Source of the DNA: a virus
DNA length: 64,000 nt
IMG/VR virus record: IMGVR_UViG_3300043427_002233
Span: 6,203 to 70,202 of that record
Strand: one strand, 5' to 3'
The notes beneath the pieces were generated by a model. It was not told the DNA's origin and did not search any database. It was given only the letters and a program-made list of their open reading frames with translations. The first letter of the stretch is position 1. Each line of letters opens with the position of its first letter. Position numbers and translations under genes: made by a program. Below are positions 58,465 through 64,000 of the stretch, in pieces.

Positions 58465-58748
58465 TCTAATTTAGTTTCTCCTTTTGGTTTAGGTTCTTTA
58501 ACGGGTTTTTTGACAGGCTTCTTTTCAGGCACGGCATTCACTTCGGTGACTTTAACACCTAAGTAAGATTCAAGTAATTCTTTACTGTTTAAAAGAGCTG
58601 TCTTTAAAACAGAGGAATTCATTGATATAATTATATCACGGCTAAATTCCGTAGTGAAAACTAGGTCCGGAGTAGTATAGCTTGGAGCACCAAGATAAAC
58701 CCTTTCAACCCTAGCTGGAACATCTTTGGCAAATTTAATCTTAAACAT
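58455..58748 (-). CDS. Hypothetical protein
   Basis: AGAGG SD; operon context. Confidence 0.65.
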   Translation of the reverse strand: MFKIKFAKDVPARVERVYLGAPSYTTPDLVFTTEFSRDIIISMNSSVLKTALLNSKELLESYLGVKVTEVNAVPEKKPVKKPVKEPKPKGETKLEWK

Positions 58749-58775
58749 ATGTATATACCTCTTTCCTTTATTATA

Positions 58776-60356
58776 TTATAAATCAAACATGTTATCAACA
58801 GACATTTCCAATTCTTCTTCTTCCTTTCTCTCTAACTCAGCTTCGTCTTCCTCAAGCAATCTTTGAAGGTGACTACGATTGTCAACTTTAACACCCTCTA
58901 ATCCAATGGGTTCTACGTCATCAGAATAATATATTAGAAACAAACCGTAGGCGTCAAGAGCGTGATCTTTACTAGCTCTAGCTAATTGAGTAGGATCAAC
59001 ATCGTCATAAACAGCCTTGTCAAGTTCGTCTATTAAATTAGAACAAACTTGAGAAACTTTAAACTTATATACACCGTCTGGATTACGTAAGGTCATAGCG
59101 GAATGAATCTTATCATAACGCATTTGAACTTTACCCTTACCTGATTCTACAGAGATTGGATTAAGACCTAAGGATTCAAATACGTCTGACTTTGTTTCAC
59201 CGATAACCTTACCCTTATCATCTCGATAACGATCACCTTGTCTAAACATATCATGTGGCAAACAAGTAGCGGATATCTCTAAACCTTCTGATTCTTTAGC
59301 AATCTCTTTAACAAAATCTTCAAAGACTAATTTCTGACCATACATTTCTTTAAAGGTAACGACTCTTTGATCAGGCATAATAGCGTGCCATAGAGCACAG
59401 TGATATGATGGTTGAAATCCCCAGTCAATTGAAATAATAATTTCTATAGATTCAGATAGGTTATTTAGATCCCTTTGAATCAAGCGGGGTTCAATACGTT
59501 GTTCAGCTTTAAGATCAAAGACTTTACCAGCAACAACGTTCCAGTTACCATACATATCCATTTGCTTCTGATGTTCAGGTAAAGCCATCAGGTTCGCAAC
59601 ATATGATTCGTTTAAGAAGGGATTGTCTTTATAAGAAGCAGGAATAAATCTTACAAATCTCTTAATAATCTTACCATCCTTAGGACTTGTGATCTCTTCA
59701 ACTTTATCTTTAGTTTGAGTTGGTGTATAGTGATCATCATATCTAACAACGGTAGGATCAATGAACCGTTCTTTAACCCATGTATGACCAATCCCACCAG
59801 GGTTACAACCGAAGACAACCTTAGTAGGAATCTTTATTGGTTGTCCGGTATATTTGTTCATAACCGTAGCAGAACGAACCATCGTTAACATATAGTCAAT
59901 CGTGCGTTCTTCGTGTTTAGTTACTTCGTCTACGATCAAGTAGTGAAATTCCCAACCTTGTTTTTCTCTAGCTTCTGCATAAGATGCTACGCGTTGTAGC
60001 GTAATATAACTGCCGTTAGGAAAAACAATAGAGCGACTAGGATACCAAGAAGAAGACTTTTCCTTATAATCATATAACTGTACTCCTTGTGCAAATTGAG
60101 GAAATAGGTTAGGAAGTTTATCAAGGAAGGATTGTTTAACAGCATCTAAGCTTTCACGAAAGATACCAATCTTTGCACCAGGATAAGTTTGTGCAAACAT
60201 AAAGGCGTCAGCCAAAGCTCCAGCTGATTTACCTGAACCTCTAGCCCCACCATACAGAATGATCCATAAGTCGTTATAACTTACAGGAGCATTGTGCAAC
60301 ATGAGTTGTTTTATATGTGGTTTATAATTGGGAGTAACTGTAATTGTATTTGCCAT
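58776..60356 (-). CDS. terL: Terminase large subunit
   Basis: YGGARGSGKS, LIVDE, CNPGGIGHTWVKERF, DNPFL, SIDWG, DHALDA. Confidence 0.95.
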   Translation of the reverse strand: MANTITVTPNYKPHIKQLMLHNAPVSYNDLWIILYGGARGSGKSAGALADAFMFAQTYPGAKIGIFRESLDAVKQSFLDKLPNLFPQFAQGVQLYDYKEKSSSWYPSRSIVFPNGSYITLQRVASYAEAREKQGWEFHYLIVDEVTKHEERTIDYMLTMVRSATVMNKYTGQPIKIPTKVVFGCNPGGIGHTWVKERFIDPTVVRYDDHYTPTQTKDKVEEITSPKDGKIIKRFVRFIPASYKDNPFLNESYVANLMALPEHQKQMDMYGNWNVVAGKVFDLKAEQRIEPRLIQRDLNNLSESIEIIISIDWGFQPSYHCALWHAIMPDQRVVTFKEMYGQKLVFEDFVKEIAKESEGLEISATCLPHDMFRQGDRYRDDKGKVIGETKSDVFESLGLNPISVESGKGKVQMRYDKIHSAMTLRNPDGVYKFKVSQVCSNLIDELDKAVYDDVDPTQLARASKDHALDAYGLFLIYYSDDVEPIGLEGVKVDNRSHLQRLLEEDEAELERKEEEELEMSVDNMFDL

Positions 60357-63300
60357 TATTCATTATCACTTTCATCAATCTTGTTGATTGTATACCAAGA
60401 AGCTCTATAAGCTGAGGCTGGTGCATATACTTTAAATAAGTCATTATACCTTGAATTTCTTACAAATGATGCATAGTTATTAGCATAGTTTGTTTTATAG
60501 TTTCTTGGAGCATACACTCTTGGAATATAAACTCTTGGAGTGTAATAGTTATTAGAATTATTTTGTTTATAAGCACTATTGATTTCCATAATCAAGTCAT
60601 CTAAGAATGGATAAGTTTGTCTTTCGTAAGCAATTGCGTCATTAATTGTTTTATATTCAGATTCACTTAATTGATTATAGAACTCATTAAGGTTAGGGAC
60701 TTGAGATAGTTTATATTCTAAACTATTATTTCTTAATGCGCTTCTTACTTCAGGCATGCCTACACCAGAGTTTAATGCATCTAAGATCATTCCATAAATA
60801 ACAGATGGTCTTGCTTTTCTTCTAAAAGCTCGTGATAAGTCTGATTTAAGATCACTATAATCTTCGGTATTAAAGGCTGATGAAGTGTAATTAACATCTT
60901 GTGGATTAGCAAATCTTGCTGATTGGATAATTGAATTAGCGCGATAATAGTTTTTAATATCGGATTTGAATGCTGTTGTGTTTCCCATTTCGGCATCGAC
61001 AACAACTCTAAACCCATGAACAAAAGCTTCAGCGAAGGTTTGATTCATATAAGGTAGATCTTTGTTAAGATAGTTTGTTAATGCATTTGATCCAGCACCA
61101 CCTAAGAAATAACCACCAAGTTTTCTTTGTAGATTTTCCCACATTGAATATTGATTTGAGGTATCGGTAATAGTACCACCAAAGGAATCAAATCCACCCA
61201 ATACTTCAGCGGTAAGCTTGAGTGGTGAAGGACCTCTTGATGCAACGTTATCTAAAAACCAACGAGTTGCTCCGTCAAAGAAAGAACCACCTTCTTCAAT
61301 AGCGTCACGGAAAGGCTTAACTGTCATAGAGTCAAGTAAGACATACTGATTAAATGTATTGAATTTATTCACAACAGGAGAACCAGTATAGATGGATCTA
61401 ATGAATTCTGGCATACCTTGTTCTTCTTTCCATTCTTCTTTTTCTTCTTCAGATAAGCCCATAGCTTGTCCCCATAATTCAAATATTAACCATGGTACAG
61501 CAAATAAACCAGAGATACCTAAGCTAGTAGAGGCTAACCATCGTAATGACATATTGGCATTATCGCCAGTTAACATTTCTTTAACGGCTGTATAACCAGA
61601 ACCTAACATACCTCTAGCAAAACGAGCGGCAGCTAATGGGAACGTAGTAAACATAGCAAGACCTTTAAGTTTTCTAGCAAGGATTGGGAAGTCACCTGGA
61701 GCACCAAGAATTTCAGACATTAAGAAGTAGGCCTTACGTCCGTTTTGTGAAACGACTGTATTACCATCTTCATCAACTTTAGCTTGTAAAGAGTCAACAG
61801 CTTTTTTAATATTATAAGCTGGACCAAAATTAACAGGTTTGTTATTGTCTAAGTTTTCTTTGACAGCTAACCAATATGAGTAACGACCAATAATATTTTG
61901 GACGTTAAAACCTTTACCAAGTGGTTTAGCAATTGGATCAACGATCTTATCTAAGAAACCTTCAGAGCTAAAGCCTGCAAAGATTTCTTGGAAGTCGGAA
62001 GATTTAGGATCAATACCAGATTCTGCTAAGAATTCAGCAAGTTCTGGTGATATAACATTAAACTTACTTTGCAAGAAAGCACTAATTTGATTAATTGCAG
62101 GACCTAACTTTAAGAATGTTTTTGGTTCAAAACTACCAAGAGTAGCTACGTCGTATGCAGTAAAGCCAATCAAACGGTCTAAATATCTAAATGGATTAGA
62201 CATTATTAACTTAGAAGTTAAAGCATTAAGCTTAGCGATCGTTTCAAGAATCTTGTTTGGCATCTTTTGAGTAAAGAAGTTCTTGTCTAAAGATTCAGCA
62301 AGAGATTTGTTTGCAAAGAAAACATCACCATTTAATGCGTCAATAATAATATTCTTTTCAAAACCACCAGAATAATTTGCAAACTTAACAATGTGTTTAA
62401 CAGCTTCTGTCGATCCATCATAAAGCATTTTATAATCACGTGGATCTTCAGCTAACTTACGACCAAAACGATCAGTCAAAACAGTACCATTTCTATCTGC
62501 TTCAGCTTTTAAAGAAATATACATAGCATTTAAAACATCTTTATCAATCTTAGAAGTGAGTGCAATGAGCACTTGGTTCTGATAATCATAGAGTTTTATA
62601 AGGTCACTATACTTCTTAGATTCATCCGAGTTAGATAGAGCGCTTCTTAAATTAACAAAAGCTTGTTCTCTAGAAACACCTTCAGATTTTTCGGCTATAA
62701 ATCTTTCTAAAATTTCATAGGTATTATATAAACCAATACCAATCTTACCGACATTGATATTGTCTTTTGTATTGATCTTACGTAAACCATATGCACTAAA
62801 AATAAAGTCATCAATTTCTTTAACAAAGTTATTAGTGTCTTCAATTAAATCTAAAGATCTTCCACCTTTGACTTCAAACTTGGATGCTTCAGCTAGAACT
62901 TCTTTTCTAATAATTCCAATTAAATGGTTCTTAACAGGAACGTTTGCCATCAAACCTAAGTCTTTAAGTTTGGTAGATAGTCTGACAACAGCAGCTTGCT
63001 TGCTGAGGATTGATAATTTCTTATGTGTATCATCAAAATAGTTGTAGGTGGATAGATCTACCTTTTCATATTCGCCTTCGTTATTAGGAGTAAACATAGA
63101 CAATCTCATGAATAACTTTTCTTCAGCCATAACTTTCTTTCTCATGGTTGGTTTTAATAAGAAGAATAAGTTATCGGATACTTCATCAGTCATGACAGAG
63201 TATTGTCTAAATTGTTGACCAAGGTATTTGTTTGTATTATTAAATTCAGAAACAATAGCACCGTAATTATTTTCAAAGTTTTCCATAAATTGTTCTGGTT

Positions 63301-64000
63301 TTTCAAATCCAGTTTTTAAATCATTGAAATCTTCAAGGTAAGTATTTCTTAATAACTCAAGTTTTTGTTTATCAGTAGCTTTAAGATCTTTAGATTGTAA
63401 TAAAGTGTCAATTTTTTGGAAAGCATAAATATAGAATTTAGATGCTGCATAAGTATTTAACTTTTGTACAGCACCGAAGGATGCAGCAAAATCGTGAAGT
63501 TCTTTGAGTGGTTGTGAGAATTGTAAGAGTAAAACTTTAGGTTCAACAAGATAATCTCTTACTGCTCTTTCAACTTCAATAGATAAACCACTATCCGTAT
63601 TAACTATTTTAAATAAACCAGATCTTAAAACATCTTCTTCAAATACAGTAGTTATCTTATCATTATCTATATCATAGGATAGTTTTTGTTTAAACTTCAT
63701 GTATGGGTGATCAGAAGGAACTTCTTCTGCAAATAAATTATTCCAAATATTTTGACCTTCAGTTTTTTCAATGACACCTGATGGCTTTGCCATAACTTCA
63801 TCCATCTTCTTGTTACGTTCTTGGTAATCAAAGGCTTTACCTTGAGCGGTAATTTCGTCAAACTGAGAGGCTTTGTTTAAAGATTCTTCAAGAGAGTCAG
63901 ACTTAAAATCAAATAGATCCATAAATCTTCTTGAGTTTAGTTTTTGTTTAATGTCATTTTCAAAAGAACTAAATGATGTTTCAACAAATTCAGTATCATA
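60356..64000 (-). CDS. C-terminal part (>=1214 aa) of a giant virion protein, LPD38-like end
   Basis: Frame stays open upstream of ATG 63922 to base 64000 (YDTEFVETSF...); SPLKLTAEVLGGFDSFGGTI and KLGGYFLGGAG resemble LPD38; TAATG-coupled to terL. Confidence 0.75.
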   Translation of the reverse strand, partial: YDTEFVETSFSSFENDIKQKLNSRRFMDLFDFKSDSLEESLNKASQFDEITAQGKAFDYQERNKKMDEVMAKPSGVIEKTEGQNIWNNLFAEEVPSDHPYMKFKQKLSYDIDNDKITTVFEEDVLRSGLFKIVNTDSGLSIEVERAVRDYLVEPKVLLLQFSQPLKELHDFAASFGAVQKLNTYAASKFYIYAFQKIDTLLQSKDLKATDKQKLELLRNTYLEDFNDLKTGFEKPEQFMENFENNYGAIVSEFNNTNKYLGQQFRQYSVMTDEVSDNLFFLLKPTMRKKVMAEEKLFMRLSMFTPNNEGEYEKVDLSTYNYFDDTHKKLSILSKQAAVVRLSTKLKDLGLMANVPVKNHLIGIIRKEVLAEASKFEVKGGRSLDLIEDTNNFVKEIDDFIFSAYGLRKINTKDNINVGKIGIGLYNTYEILERFIAEKSEGVSREQAFVNLRSALSNSDESKKYSDLIKLYDYQNQVLIALTSKIDKDVLNAMYISLKAEADRNGTVLTDRFGRKLAEDPRDYKMLYDGSTEAVKHIVKFANYSGGFEKNIIIDALNGDVFFANKSLAESLDKNFFTQKMPNKILETIAKLNALTSKLIMSNPFRYLDRLIGFTAYDVATLGSFEPKTFLKLGPAINQISAFLQSKFNVISPELAEFLAESGIDPKSSDFQEIFAGFSSEGFLDKIVDPIAKPLGKGFNVQNIIGRYSYWLAVKENLDNNKPVNFGPAYNIKKAVDSLQAKVDEDGNTVVSQNGRKAYFLMSEILGAPGDFPILARKLKGLAMFTTFPLAAARFARGMLGSGYTAVKEMLTGDNANMSLRWLASTSLGISGLFAVPWLIFELWGQAMGLSEEEKEEWKEEQGMPEFIRSIYTGSPVVNKFNTFNQYVLLDSMTVKPFRDAIEEGGSFFDGATRWFLDNVASRGPSPLKLTAEVLGGFDSFGGTITDTSNQYSMWENLQRKLGGYFLGGAGSNALTNYLNKDLPYMNQTFAEAFVHGFRVVVDAEMGNTTAFKSDIKNYYRANSIIQSARFANPQDVNYTSSAFNTEDYSDLKSDLSRAFRRKARPSVIYGMILDALNSGVGMPEVRSALRNNSLEYKLSQVPNLNEFYNQLSESEYKTINDAIAYERQTYPFLDDLIMEINSAYKQNNSNNYYTPRVYIPRVYAPRNYKTNYANNYASFVRNSRYNDLFKVYAPASAYRASWYTINKIDESDNE

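Noticed and set aside
20563-63041. Numerous plus-strand ORFs antisense to GroEL, helicase, fibre, capsid, portal and giant genes
   Set aside because: Antisense shadows of well-supported minus-strand genes
1-64000. Stop-codon reassignment (code 4 or 15)
   Set aside because: Long genes are intact in code 11; TGA and TAG end genes with tight coupling (e.g. ATGA overlaps); no suppressor tRNA seen

Overview
The window is most of a low-GC, tailed dsDNA phage genome with podovirus-like architecture (standard genetic code 11). It appears circularly permuted. It has a minus-strand virion operon (terminase large subunit, portal, scaffold, major capsid, adaptor, nozzle, several tail fibres) and a minus-strand DNA-metabolism operon (metallophosphoesterase, MazG-like, PD-(D/E)XK nuclease, Sak4-like ATPase, SSB-like, SF3 helicase). 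A third minus-strand operon carries GroEL, GroES and small basic proteins. A plus-strand early region includes a HExxH peptidase/VWA/MoxR-type AAA+ module and a truncated DprA N-terminal homolog. A giant frame missing from the ORF track (ATG 8523, minus strand) runs off the left edge, and the 60356 ORF is open to the right edge; together they may be one virion polyvalent/ejection protein of at least about 4,055 aa. The most notable unexplained feature is a ~125-nt sRNA (28838-28964, minus) with its own promoter and terminator, carrying three anti-Shine-Dalgarno motifs, one matching the Bacillota 16S rRNA 3' tail. It co-occurs with at least five apparently leaderless phage genes. A 1.2-kb non-coding region (10550-11710) holds a G-quadruplex-competent tract, TG repeats, a 15-bp inverted repeat and several structured RNAs. 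I recognised no DNA polymerase, integrase, tRNA, CRISPR array or peptidoglycan hydrolase. All calls are by eye, without database searches.
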